Notes under the pieces: generated by a model
Told to the model about the DNA's origin: nothing
The model's database searches: none
Seen by the model: only the letters and a program-made list of their open reading frames with translations
Part shown: positions 1-9,403 of the stretch, in pieces
Position numbering within the stretch: the stretch's first letter is position 1
How the letters are laid out: each line of letters begins with the position of its first letter
Program-made: the position numbers and the translations under genes
DNA from: Candidatus Binataceae bacterium
GTDB lineage: Bacteria; Desulfobacterota; Binatia; Binatales; Binataceae
DNA: 64,000 nucleotides
Direction of reading: 5' to 3'
Assembly: GCA_035500095.1 (NCBI GenBank)
Contig: DATJXN010000090.1
Span: 500-64,499 of the forward strand

Positions 1-1415
1 CTGGTTGGAGCCTGCGAAGTCGGCGTTGATCGCGCGCGCCGAAATATTGAAGTCCGAGTTCTGGAACAGCAGCGGCGATCCGGCCTCGGTCTCGCCGACC
101 TGCACCGAAGTCGCCTCGTAGGCGCCGGCGGCGACGATCACCGCGGAGATCGCAAAGACCGCCCAGCGTCCGTTCCTGCTGGTACAGAATTCACCGACCC
201 ACGCAAGCAGATCGTGCATCCACTGAGGGACGTAGTGATGGGTCTTTGCAGGGCGCGGCAGCACGTCGAGCAGCAGCGGGATCAGCAGCAGAATCGTGAA
301 GATGTTCGAAAAGCCCCAGAAGCTCGCGAAGAAGGCGAGCTTGCGGACCAGCGGGATGGTGGCGACGGCCAGCACCAGGATGCCGGCGGCGTCCGCGAGG
401 ACGCCGATTCCGCCCGGGAGCAGCAACTCACCCATCGCGATTGCGACGGCGTGATGCTTGTCGCCGGTGGCTTCAAGCTCCTCGAAATAACGCTCGACCA
501 TCTGCACGCCGTGGCTGGCGGCGCGCGCTGAAACCAGCAGCGGGATAACCAGGACAAGAGGGTCGAGGTTGTAGCCCAGAATACCCAGGAAGCCGAGGCC
601 CCAGATAGCCTGTGCGACCGCGCCGATGAACGGGAGCAGCACGCCGTAGAGTCGGCGGAAGTAAACGATCAAGGTGCCGAAGATGAAGATGAACGTGACC
701 GCGAAGATCTCCGCCAGCTCGCCGGTGTAGAACCACACCCAGCCCTTGAGCATCGGCTCGCCCGCCGCGTACAGCACCGTGTTGCTATCCTCGACGTGCT
801 TGCGGATCTCCATGATCTGGTGCTGGATATTGCCGTAGTCGAGACGCTCTTCGTTGAAGCCCGCCAGGATCAGCGCGGCCTTGCCGTCAGTCGAGAGATA
901 TTTCCCGTAGACGATGTCGTTGTTGTACATCGCCTTCTTGAGTTCCTTGAGTTCGGCCGGGTCGGTCGGAACCTGCTCGGGCAAGACCGGCACCGACTTG
1001 ATGAGGCCGCCCGAACGCGCCTCTAGACGCCGAATCTTCACGTGGGAGAGCGAGGCGACCTGGTAGTGGTTGACGCCGTCGATCTGGTCCACTTTCTCCG
1101 TGACGTAACGGATCTTCTTCAGCGTGTCGGTGTTGAAGATGTCGCCTTCCTTCACCCGCAGGGAGAGGCTGACGATGTTGGCGCCGCCGAAAGTCGTGCG
1201 GAAGTGATTGTACGCCTTGATGTACGGATGGGCCTGCGGCAACAGGTCGGCGAACTGGCTGTACATCTGAACCTTGACCGCGTGGAAGGCGAAAAAGACC
1301 GTGATCACGGCCAGCACCCCCAGCGTGGGCCATCGATGCCGCAGAGTTATTCGAGCAATGCCGTGGGTGATGCGTTCCGCCGCCGGTAGCTTGCTGAGAT
1401 CCTTGACTGCCATTG
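1..1415 (-). CDS. MMPL/RND-superfamily exporter. The N-terminal part lies in the window and the 3' end runs off the window start.
   Basis: I translated the minus strand by hand from the ATG at 1415..1413 (RBS AGGAAC upstream). The protein begins MAVKDLSKLPAAERITHGIARITLRHRWPTLGVLAVITVFFAF. It has TM1, a large periplasmic loop, then TM2-6 (LLPFIGAVAQAIWGLGFLGILGY...LVLAVATIPLV...FWGFSNIFTILLLIPLLLD), and there is no stop codon before position 1. The ORF is absent from the supplied track only because it has no in-window stop. Confidence 0.8.
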
Positions 1416-1504
1416 AAGTTCCTGCTTTTAACGTCGGGATTTTCTGACGGCGTATCGCGCAGCCGCTAGGCCCCCGGTCGGTTCGGCTTAGCTCTCTGCT
1501 CGGT

Positions 1505-2632
1505 TCAGCTCTTGGCAGCGGCGATTCCCGCGGCCATGATCGTATCCTTGTTCAACGCTTCCCACGTCGCGCCGCCGTCGTGCGAGACGAGGATAGCTCC
1601 GTTTCCTCCCGTCATAATTCCCAGGGAGCCGTCGGGAGAAAACGACACGCTCCGCAGCCACGTGTAAACACGGCTCGAAACGCTCTCGTCAATCGCCCAC
1701 CCCTTGTCACCTTCGTGGACCACCGTCCCGAGGAGCCCACCGGCTACCGCCGGATGTCCGGCGGGCGCGGCGATCGCAAACAGCGAGTTGGTGCCGCCAC
1801 GATGAGCCTGCCACGTCGCGCCGCCGTCGTTGGTCTCCAGCACGTAGCCGCTGGCGGCCACGATGTAACCCTTCTGCGGGCTCGTCCATGCGCTGCCGAA
1901 GAGGTACAGATCCTGCTCGTTCAGTTCCGGTATTCCGCGATGGTACGCCTCCTCGTCGGTCACGTCCTCAACGTACTTGGGCAGCCCCACGACCTTGTCC
2001 GATTCCGTCCAGGTCTTGCCGCCGTCGGTCGTGTGCTTGATAACCCCGAATTCGCCCTGCACCCAGCCGTCCCTGTCGTCGAGGAATGCAACCCCGTTGA
2101 GCGCCTCGTCCTTGTGAAGGCTCTGGTCTTCCCAGGTCTTACCGCCGTCAGAGGAGTGAATGATGGTGGCCTCGGGGCCAACTGCCCAGATCTGATTCGG
2201 GTCTTTGCCGCGCCCGATCGAGAGCAGGTTTTCGCTGACGTTCTTTGGGGCGTCAACTTTATCCCAGGTCTTGCCGCCGTCGGTCGTGTGCAGGATGAGA
2301 GCGCGCTCGCCCCCGACTACGCAGTCGCTGGGGCTGGCACAGCTCACCGCGAACAACGAGTAATGTGTCCCGCTCTTCTGCAGCGCAACCTTGGTCGCGT
2401 TGTCAGTGATGCTCAGGATGGTTCCGTAGGTGCCGACCGCCCACGCGTGGTCTTTGTCCGCCACGGTTGAGCCATAATAATCTTCATGCTCGGGTAGCGA
2501 TCGCCCCTCGGAGGAGTTTCCTATGCGCTCGGCGATCATGCGCTTCTGCGCCTCGCCCTCGCATCCCACCGACGTCACGCACAGCGCCGCCAGCGCCGCG
2601 CACATAATTGACAGTTTGCCGATTCTACCCAT
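1505..2632 (-). CDS. Ycf48-like BNR/Asp-box repeat lipoprotein (photosystem II stability/assembly factor-like).
   Basis: The ORF extends to 2731. The TDGGKTW / SDGGKTW / HDGGATW BNR motif recurs about 6 times. A lipoprotein-type signal follows the internal Met (MGRIGKLSIMCAALAALCVTSVGC), so the likely start is 2632. The gene lies directly upstream of the MMPL gene on the same strand. Confidence 0.8.
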   Translation of the reverse strand: MGRIGKLSIMCAALAALCVTSVGCEGEAQKRMIAERIGNSSEGRSLPEHEDYYGSTVADKDHAWAVGTYGTILSITDNATKVALQKSGTHYSLFAVSCASPSDCVVGGERALILHTTDGGKTWDKVDAPKNVSENLLSIGRGKDPNQIWAVGPEATIIHSSDGGKTWEDQSLHKDEALNGVAFLDDRDGWVQGEFGVIKHTTDGGKTWTESDKVVGLPKYVEDVTDEEAYHRGIPELNEQDLYLFGSAWTSPQKGYIVAASGYVLETNDGGATWQAHRGGTNSLFAIAAPAGHPAVAGGLLGTVVHEGDKGWAIDESVSSRVYTWLRSVSFSPDGSLGIMTGGNGAILVSHDGGATWEALNKDTIMAAGIAAAKS

Positions 2633-3307
2633 TGCCCCGTGCAGCAAAGGCCACCTCTCGAAAAATTCTCGACGCCGCATCGTTACCGTAACTTTCGATG
2701 GCGAACTCTCGTGCGCGGCCTCCCCGGCCACCGCAAACTCGGCCTCGACCCCCGAACGGTTACGTACGGACCAATTGGACGCGATGCCTTGCGCTATCGC
2801 GCCTTCCCTATTTCACCCATCAGTTGCCCCAGAGCCAGACCGAGAGTTGCCCTAATGGACACACTTCCCTTGGGTAAGACCCCTCCGCAGGCCACGCCCT
2901 GAGTTGGACGCTATAATGCTTGATCCAAAGGGAATGTCAAGCAGCCCGAAGCAATTAACATCCACCGTTTTTTTCCCGATCCCCTCCAGAGTCATATTTC
3001 GGTAACATTAGTCCGGCACTAAGTCCACGAGGTGCCGAAGACAATAGCCTGGCTGCCCGCCGGGCGGCATTCGGAGGTCCCGCCGCTTCATCGTCAAAAG
3101 ATAACCTTGTGAGCTATAAACACTTCATAGATGAAGCCAATCCGCGGCTATGTCACTCCCGGGGGAAAAGAACGGAACCGGATTCGACAGCCCGAGCGCC
3201 AAGCCTCCGCTTGAAAAAAATTCACCGAAATGCTTGAGCTATCCGGCAACCCGTTGCGAAACAATAGCGGCATCGGGGGGGAGCACCAACCAAAGGAGCC
3301 GAAGCTG

Positions 3308-3700
3308 ATGTTGAGAAGGAAATCATCGTTGTTTGTGGCGATCGTGGCGTCCATGATCGTTGGGGCGTGGTCGGGGATGGGGATGGCAGCTGATATCACC
3401 CCCGAAAACGTCGGAACGATGGCGAGCAGCGCCAAGACAGCCGACGATTACGCGGCGCTCGCGAACTATTACGACGCCCAGGCCAAGGCCGCCAAGGAAC
3501 GGGCCGACGACGCCAAGGCGCAGTACAACACGATTCACGCGCCCAAGGGCCTGCGCACGGGAGCTGACACGGAAGTGATCACCACGCAGCGCGTCTTCAT
3601 GAAGCGGTCGGCTGCGCACTACAACGCCTTGGCCGATCAGTACGCGAAGATGGCCGAGATGTACCACAAGCTCGCCAAGCCCGCCGGCGGCGGACAGTAG
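3308..3700 (+). CDS. Hypothetical small secreted Ala/Lys/Tyr-rich helical protein.
   Basis: The ATG is preceded by AAAGGAGCC. A signal peptide is present (MLRRKSSLFVAIVASMIVGAWSGMGMAAD). The mature part is low-complexity helical sequence (ALANYYDAQAKAAKERADDAKAQY...ALADQYAKMAEMYHKLAK). I recognise no family. Confidence 0.55.
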   Translation: MLRRKSSLFVAIVASMIVGAWSGMGMAADITPENVGTMASSAKTADDYAALANYYDAQAKAAKERADDAKAQYNTIHAPKGLRTGADTEVITTQRVFMKRSAAHYNALADQYAKMAEMYHKLAKPAGGGQ

Positions 3701-3756
3701 GCCAGAGCTTCCTTCATTTTGACCGGGCCGGACGCGAGCGTCCGACCCGATCATTA

Positions 3757-3822
3757 CCGCCCCCTGGTATCGCCGACAGAAGCGTCGAAGGCGAAATCAG
3801 GGGGCGGATCGTTTTTCAAATT
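3757..3822. terminator. Candidate bidirectional terminator between the convergent genes 3308..3700 (+) and pxpC (-).
   Basis: CCGCCCCCTGG at 3757-3767 pairs with CAGGGGGCGG at 3800-3809, and ATCGTTTTTC follows. The loop is long, so this is a weak call. Confidence 0.3.
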
Positions 3823-3869
3823 GAAACGGCGAATCGCACCCGGCGCACCAGGGAGCCGGGGACTGCAGC

Positions 3870-4874
3870 TTACTGCCCCAGCCATCCGGCGCGATCGAAC
3901 AGCGCAAGCGAATCCCCAAGCGCGCGCAGGCGCGCCTTGTACTGTGCGCGCAACTGCAACGCGTCCTGGATGGTGACCGCGCGAAAACGAAAGCGCGTGC
4001 GCGGCGCCGCCTGGGCCACGCGATCGAGGTCGCACTGGATCACGGTTCCGATCGTTGCGTAGCCGCCACCCGTAACCGCGTCGCGCATCAGCAGGATTCC
4101 CTCTTTGCCGCCGGGCACCTGGATCGATCCGACCGGATAGCCGACGTCAACCACGTTCGAGGGATCGGAGCCGGCGCCAAAGGGCGGTTCGCGATCGCGA
4201 AATTTAAATCCGACCCCGTGAATCCGGTAACCGATACGATCGGCTTCGGTCGAAACCTCCCACGGCGTGCTCAGAAACTGCGCGACGCTCTCCTCGGTAA
4301 GCCGATAACTGCAAAGGCCCATCAGGATGCGCAGTTCGACGACCTCCGGAAAGGCCGGCAGCATTCGCGGATCAAGCCGCCGCCCGGTCAACTCCGCGGC
4401 GGCGCGCCGGGGCGCGCCGATGGCCAGGACGTCTTGCGCGGCGATCGCGCGCCCGCTTATTCCGCCGAAACGTCCGAGCATATAGGTCGAGCGGCTCCCC
4501 AATAGTTCGGGCACGTCGATTCCGCCGGCCACACAAACGTACGAGCGAACGCCCGCGACCGCCTGTCCGCACTGCAGCCTGTCGCCCGCCTTGAGCGCGA
4601 GCGCGACCCACATCGGCGCGGGCCGCCCGCTAACTCGCAACTCAAGCGGCGCGCCGGTCACCGCGACCGTGACCTCGGCGGCGGCCTCGAGCTCGGGGCC
4701 GAGAAATGTCGTTTCCAGCGCTGCGGCGCCTGCGTCATTGCCGACCAGCAGGTTGCCGGCGCGGAGAGAGAACTGATCCATCGCGCCCGACGGCGGCATC
4801 CCGATGTGATACCAGCCGAAGCGGCCGGCGTCCTGGATGGTAGTAACCAGCCCTGGTCTTAAGACTTTGAGCAT
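3870..4874 (-). CDS. pxpC: 5-oxoprolinase subunit C (allophanate hydrolase subunit 2 / KipA-like carboxyltransferase family).
   Basis: 334 aa: MLKVLRPGLVTTIQDAGRFGWYHIGMPPSGAMD...GSIQVPGGKEGILLMRDAVTGGGYATIG. Its start overlaps the pxpB stop (ATGA). Confidence 0.85.
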   Translation of the reverse strand: MLKVLRPGLVTTIQDAGRFGWYHIGMPPSGAMDQFSLRAGNLLVGNDAGAAALETTFLGPELEAAAEVTVAVTGAPLELRVSGRPAPMWVALALKAGDRLQCGQAVAGVRSYVCVAGGIDVPELLGSRSTYMLGRFGGISGRAIAAQDVLAIGAPRRAAAELTGRRLDPRMLPAFPEVVELRILMGLCSYRLTEESVAQFLSTPWEVSTEADRIGYRIHGVGFKFRDREPPFGAGSDPSNVVDVGYPVGSIQVPGGKEGILLMRDAVTGGGYATIGTVIQCDLDRVAQAAPRTRFRFRAVTIQDALQLRAQYKARLRALGDSLALFDRAGWLGQ

Positions 4875-5740
4875 CAGCGCGCTTCTTGCTCGAGGCGGTT
4901 GAGGTAGCGCTCAGGATCCTTGAAATAGACCGCAGGTCTGAATTCCTGCTCGACGATTCGGTAGCGATAGGTGCCGGCCTCGACCTCCGCGCGAATCGCG
5001 TTGAACTCGTCGAGATCGATCGGCCGCAGTTTCCATCGATCGGCCGCCTTGGCCAGGATTCGCGTCTCGCGCAGATCGACCAGCCGCCCTTCGGGTTCGT
5101 AAACCGGCACCGGCGTCATCCCGATCAACTGATAGCCGCCCGGCCCCCGCACCGGGTAGATCGCCATGAAAGCGCCGCCGTGCGAAACCGTGCGCTCGGG
5201 CGTGTCGGTGCGCGGGCGGATGTACTTGGGCGCCTGCAGCGCGCGTTCGCGCGGCACCATCTGGTAGCCCCAGGCGGTGCCGGGCACGAAACCGACCATC
5301 GAAATCCAGTAAGGGCGCCCCGAGTGCGCCGCGATAAACTCCTGCTTGTCGCTGAAGCCATTGATCCGCATCAGGTACTCCAGGTTGGTGACGGAGGGGT
5401 CCTGATGGCGCTCGGCAAACTGCCTGGCGCACTCCTTGGTCCACGGATCATCGTAGAGCACCGGGATGTCCACGATGCGCGAGCTGATGCTCGTGATGTG
5501 CTCGGCCTGATGCTCGAACTCGCGCAACGCCTTGACCAGCTTGTGCGGATCGATTTCCTCGGGCCGGTAGTGCACCAGGTACGATGAGTTGCCCGGGCAT
5601 ACTTCGATCACTCCGTCCACGCGATCGCGATCGATCGCCTGGCAGATCGAGAGAATCTTGAAGTTGACCTCGAGGCTCATCTCGATATCGAAGTCGACGA
5701 AGATGTATTCGTCGCCGCCGAAGTCGTAGCGGGTCTCCAT
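4874..5740 (-). CDS. pxpB: 5-oxoprolinase subunit B (allophanate hydrolase subunit 1 / KipI family).
   Basis: The true start is METRYDFGGDEYIFVDFDIEMSLEVNFKILSI at 5743-5741 (RBS GAGAGAGAGGGGGG). The longer track ORF is an upstream extension that overlaps the aminotransferase gene. Confidence 0.85.
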   Translation of the reverse strand: METRYDFGGDEYIFVDFDIEMSLEVNFKILSICQAIDRDRVDGVIEVCPGNSSYLVHYRPEEIDPHKLVKALREFEHQAEHITSISSRIVDIPVLYDDPWTKECARQFAERHQDPSVTNLEYLMRINGFSDKQEFIAAHSGRPYWISMVGFVPGTAWGYQMVPRERALQAPKYIRPRTDTPERTVSHGGAFMAIYPVRGPGGYQLIGMTPVPVYEPEGRLVDLRETRILAKAADRWKLRPIDLDEFNAIRAEVEAGTYRYRIVEQEFRPAVYFKDPERYLNRLEQEAR

Positions 5741-5768
5741 CGCGCAGCGCCCCCCTCTCTCTCCCGCG

Positions 5769-7118
5769 CTAGGCCGCGGCCATCTCGCGCAGCACCTCGT
5801 CGGCCACCCGCAGCACTTCCTTGACGTCGTCGGCGGTATGCGCGGCCGAGAGGAACCCCGGATGATGGGGCGTAAGCAGGATGCCCTTGGAGAGGAGACC
5901 CATGCTGAACTCATACTGGCGGGCGGCGTTGGCGCGGATCGCGGTGCGTTTGCTCGTGACCGGAGCGTCGGCGAAGTGGACGTGAAAGAGCGAACCGACG
6001 CCGGTGACCTGGACCGGGAAGCCGTGGCGGCGCGCGCTCGCGGCGATACCCTCGCGCACCGCGTGGCCCATCGCGCCGACATACTCGTAAACCGGATTGC
6101 GTTCGAGTTCCGTGAGCGCCGCGAGTCCGGCGGCCATGCTGATCGGGTTGCCCGAAAACGTTCCCGAGGCGAAGCTCTTCTCCTTGACGTCCGACGGCTG
6201 CTTGGTCGGCGTGATCACTTTTTCCATCAAATCGCGCCGCCCGCCGAAGGCGCCTACCGGAAAGCCGCCGCCGACGATCTTGCCGATACATCCGAGGTCC
6301 GGGCGCACGCCGAAGTGGGCCGACGCGCCGCCCAGACCGAGGCGGAAGCCGGTCACGATCTCGTCGAAGATAAGCATCACGCCGTTCTCTTCGGTCGCCT
6401 TGCGGAGCGCGCGCAGGAATTCCGGATCGGCCGGCACCGCGCCGGTAAAAAACGCGGCCACTGGCTCGATAATCACCGCCGCGAGTTCGCGCCCGTGGCG
6501 GCGCACCAGGTCGATCGCGGCCATGTCGTTATACGGCAGCAGCAGCACGCTATCGATCACCGAATGCGGAATTCCGGCGCAATCCGGCATCGCGAGCGGC
6601 TCGTTTTCGGGTCCCTGCCCGCCCACCGCGCCGCCGACCAGCGACCAGTCGTGCTGGCCGTGGTAGTTGCCCTCGAACTTGGCGATCCGCTCGCGCCCGG
6701 TGAACGCGCGTGCCGCTCGCATCGCCATCAGCGTCGCCTCCGAGCCGCTGTTCACGAAGCGGATCATCTCCATGTAGTCCATAAGCTGCGCGACTTTCTT
6801 CGCTAGCTTCACTTCGAGCTCGGTGGCCATCAGCGGCAGGATCGCCTCGTCAATCTGCTCCTTGACCGCGCGCGTTATTGCCTCATGACCGTGGCCGAGA
6901 ATCGCCGCGCCGACCGCGTCGAGCAAATCGACGTAGTCGTTGCCGTCAACGTCGATGACGTGCGCGCCGCGCGCGCGCTTGACATAGAGCGGGTAGGGCT
7001 TGAGAAACTTGGCGTTGCCGCTGACGCCGCCGGGCAGGACCGTGCGCGCGTCTTCGTAGATCGCACGCGAGCGCGGCGTCCGCGCGATGTAGGCGTTGAC
7101 GAATTTTTCGAGCGCCAT
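5769..7118 (-). CDS. Class-III (omega/GSA-type) PLP aminotransferase, resembling glutamate-1-semialdehyde 2,1-aminomutase.
   Basis: 449 aa: ...GNYHGQHDWSLVGGAV...MLIFDEIVTGFRLGLGGASAHFGVRPDLGCIGKIVGGGFPVGAFGGRRDLM..., the typical class III fold. It sits between pxpA and pxpB. Confidence 0.85.
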   Translation of the reverse strand: MALEKFVNAYIARTPRSRAIYEDARTVLPGGVSGNAKFLKPYPLYVKRARGAHVIDVDGNDYVDLLDAVGAAILGHGHEAITRAVKEQIDEAILPLMATELEVKLAKKVAQLMDYMEMIRFVNSGSEATLMAMRAARAFTGRERIAKFEGNYHGQHDWSLVGGAVGGQGPENEPLAMPDCAGIPHSVIDSVLLLPYNDMAAIDLVRRHGRELAAVIIEPVAAFFTGAVPADPEFLRALRKATEENGVMLIFDEIVTGFRLGLGGASAHFGVRPDLGCIGKIVGGGFPVGAFGGRRDLMEKVITPTKQPSDVKEKSFASGTFSGNPISMAAGLAALTELERNPVYEYVGAMGHAVREGIAASARRHGFPVQVTGVGSLFHVHFADAPVTSKRTAIRANAARQYEFSMGLLSKGILLTPHHPGFLSAAHTADDVKEVLRVADEVLREMAAA

Positions 7119-7230
7119 CGTGATTCGATTCTCCTGACTTGAGCGGGCGCAATATTTACGTGGGCCGGCTACGCACCGCGGCCCGCCTTCCGCCCGGTCT
7201 TTCCCACCGAAAACGAGAATCCGCAGCTAA

Positions 7231-8058
7231 TCAGGCATGGGCATGCGCGGCATGCGCGCGGCCGTTGCCCTTGCTCTTGCCCTTGGCCGCTAGGTCCTGC
7301 ACGGCGCTCCGCGCGGTCACTCCGGCCTGCTTGAGCGCCTTGTGCAAGGCGGCCAGAACCTCGGGCGCGTTGATCACGTCGCCGTGCACGCAGATGCTGT
7401 CGGCGTCGATCTTGATGTCCTTGCCGCTTGAGCTTTTGACCTTGCCCTCGGTGACGAACTTCATCACAAGGCCGACCATCTCCTCGATGTTTTCCTCGCC
7501 GTAGGTGCGCTTGACGCCGATCGAACCGTCTTCGGAGTAAACCAGGCCGGGATAGAACTCCTTGATCACCCGAAAGCCCATCTTCTCCGCGACCTCGAGC
7601 ATCGGATGACGCGGCAGCGCCGGCAGATAAGCGACGAAGTTGGGATCGACTTCGCGGAAGCCTTCGAGGATCGCCCGCGAGTTCGCCTCGCTCTGCTGCG
7701 CCCACAGGTAGAACGCGCCGTGCGGCTTGGCCGCGATCAGTTTGACTCCGGCGGCATCGGCGAAGGCCTTGACCGCGCCGACCTGGTAAACCACGTAGTC
7801 GCGCGCTTCCTGCTGCGTGATGTTCATCAGGCGCCGCCCGAAACCCATCTTGTCGGGAAAGCCCGGGTGCGCACCGAGCGTCACGCCATAGCGCTTGGCC
7901 GATTCCACCGTGCGCCGAATCCACACCGGGTCGCCGGCGTGAAAGCCGCAGGCGATGTTGGCGTGGTTGATCTGTTTCATCACTTCGTCAGGGCGGCCCA
8001 GCACGTAGTTGCCGAAGGACTCGCCCATGTCGCTGTTAAGATCGATCCAGCTGCGCAT
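7231..8058 (-). CDS. pxpA: 5-oxoprolinase subunit A (LamB/YcsF lactam-utilisation family).
   Basis: MRSWIDLNSDMGESFGNYVLGRPDEVMKQINHANIACGFHAGDP... The C-terminus carries an unusual His-Ala tail (RAHAAHAHA). Confidence 0.85.
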   Translation of the reverse strand: MRSWIDLNSDMGESFGNYVLGRPDEVMKQINHANIACGFHAGDPVWIRRTVESAKRYGVTLGAHPGFPDKMGFGRRLMNITQQEARDYVVYQVGAVKAFADAAGVKLIAAKPHGAFYLWAQQSEANSRAILEGFREVDPNFVAYLPALPRHPMLEVAEKMGFRVIKEFYPGLVYSEDGSIGVKRTYGEENIEEMVGLVMKFVTEGKVKSSSGKDIKIDADSICVHGDVINAPEVLAALHKALKQAGVTARSAVQDLAAKGKSKGNGRAHAAHAHA

Positions 8059-8077
8059 TGTCGGTGAACCTCCTGTA

Positions 8078-9106
8078 TCAGCCTTTGACGTGCGGCATCA
8101 CTTCCTTCGCGAACAGCCGCATCGAGTTCATGGTCTTGTCCATATCCACGCCGGGAAGCTTCATCCAGCAGATAAGATAGTCCATTCCGATCTCGCTCCG
8201 ATAGCGCTTGATCTCGCGCACGCAATGGTCGGGGCTGCCGATGATGAAGCGCTCGCGATGGCTCTCGAAAGTCACCGTGGCCGGGTCCTTGACCAGCTCG
8301 CCGTGGTCGTCGCGCAGCGGCCGCACGCCCGACCATTTGCCGTACATTCCGCCGTGGATGTGCATCACACCGTCGCGCGCCTGTTCCTCGGCCTGCGCCG
8401 TGGTCGGGGCGCAATAGACCTCGCGGATGACCGGCACGTAGGTGGGATGCTTGCCGAACTTGCCCAGGTACTCGTGATAGACCGCGAAATGCTGCTTGAG
8501 CTCGGCAACGTGGTGGCGCGGCGAGGCGACCAGCGCATCTGCCCATTGCGCGGCGCGGCGCACGCCGCCGCGCGTCGACGCGCCTATCCAGATCGGCGGG
8601 CGCGGCTTCTGCACGGGCTTGGGCGTGACTGAGGTCTCGGGAATCTTGTAGTAGCGGCCTTCGTACGAAAACGACTCGGTGGTCCAGGCCTTGATCATGA
8701 TGTCGAGCTGCTCTTCCATCCGCCGCTCGCGGCCCGCGCGTTCTTCTTCGTATCCGGCGAACTCCTCGGGCCGGTAGCCCGCCGCCACGCCCAGGATGAT
8801 GCGGCCGTTGGAGATGTTGTCGAGCACCGCCACGTCTTCGGCCGATTGCACCGGGCGATGGAGCGGCAGGAGATACATGCTGGTGCCAATGGTCATGCGG
8901 CGCGTGCGCGCCGCTATGGCGGCCGCCGCGATGAGCGGCGACGGGCAAAGGCCGTCAGTGAGAAAATGATGCTCAACGAGCCAGGCGGAATCGAAGCCCA
9001 GGGCCTCCCCCGCCTCAAGCTCCTCGAGCATCTCCCGGTAAAGCTGAGCCTGCGTGGCGGGCTTATCGGGTCGTGTTTGTTGGGAGTACAAGAGGCCGAA
9101 ACGCAT
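8078..9106 (-). CDS. LLM-class (luciferase-like) flavin-dependent oxidoreductase.
   Basis: 342 aa: MRFGLLYSQQTRPD...GFDSAWLVEHHF...GRIILGVAAGYRPEEF... It is the first gene of the minus-strand operon, 19 nt upstream of pxpA. Confidence 0.8.
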   Translation of the reverse strand: MRFGLLYSQQTRPDKPATQAQLYREMLEELEAGEALGFDSAWLVEHHFLTDGLCPSPLIAAAAIAARTRRMTIGTSMYLLPLHRPVQSAEDVAVLDNISNGRIILGVAAGYRPEEFAGYEEERAGRERRMEEQLDIMIKAWTTESFSYEGRYYKIPETSVTPKPVQKPRPPIWIGASTRGGVRRAAQWADALVASPRHHVAELKQHFAVYHEYLGKFGKHPTYVPVIREVYCAPTTAQAEEQARDGVMHIHGGMYGKWSGVRPLRDDHGELVKDPATVTFESHRERFIIGSPDHCVREIKRYRSEIGMDYLICWMKLPGVDMDKTMNSMRLFAKEVMPHVKG

Positions 9107-9403
9107 GGTTTTGCTCCTGATGAGCCAGCCGGCTCAGTATAGGCGCTGCTATACCACAGCCGGTTTCAGCCTGACAGCCAGAGCGCGCGGCGCCCCGGAA
9201 TCCGGGTTAGCCAGGCGGCGCGAGCGCCCAAATTCAAGCCATCGGGGTGAAAAATAGGGGCGGATGGGGCTTGTCGCGGGTGATGACATATGCAACAACC
9301 TTGCAGGTTAGTTTTTGAGGGGGGAAGGTTCCCAGGTAACTCTAGCTGGCCGGGGGAGAGGCATCGCTGGAGCGCGCTGCTCGTCCATGGCTGGGAAGGA
9401 AGG

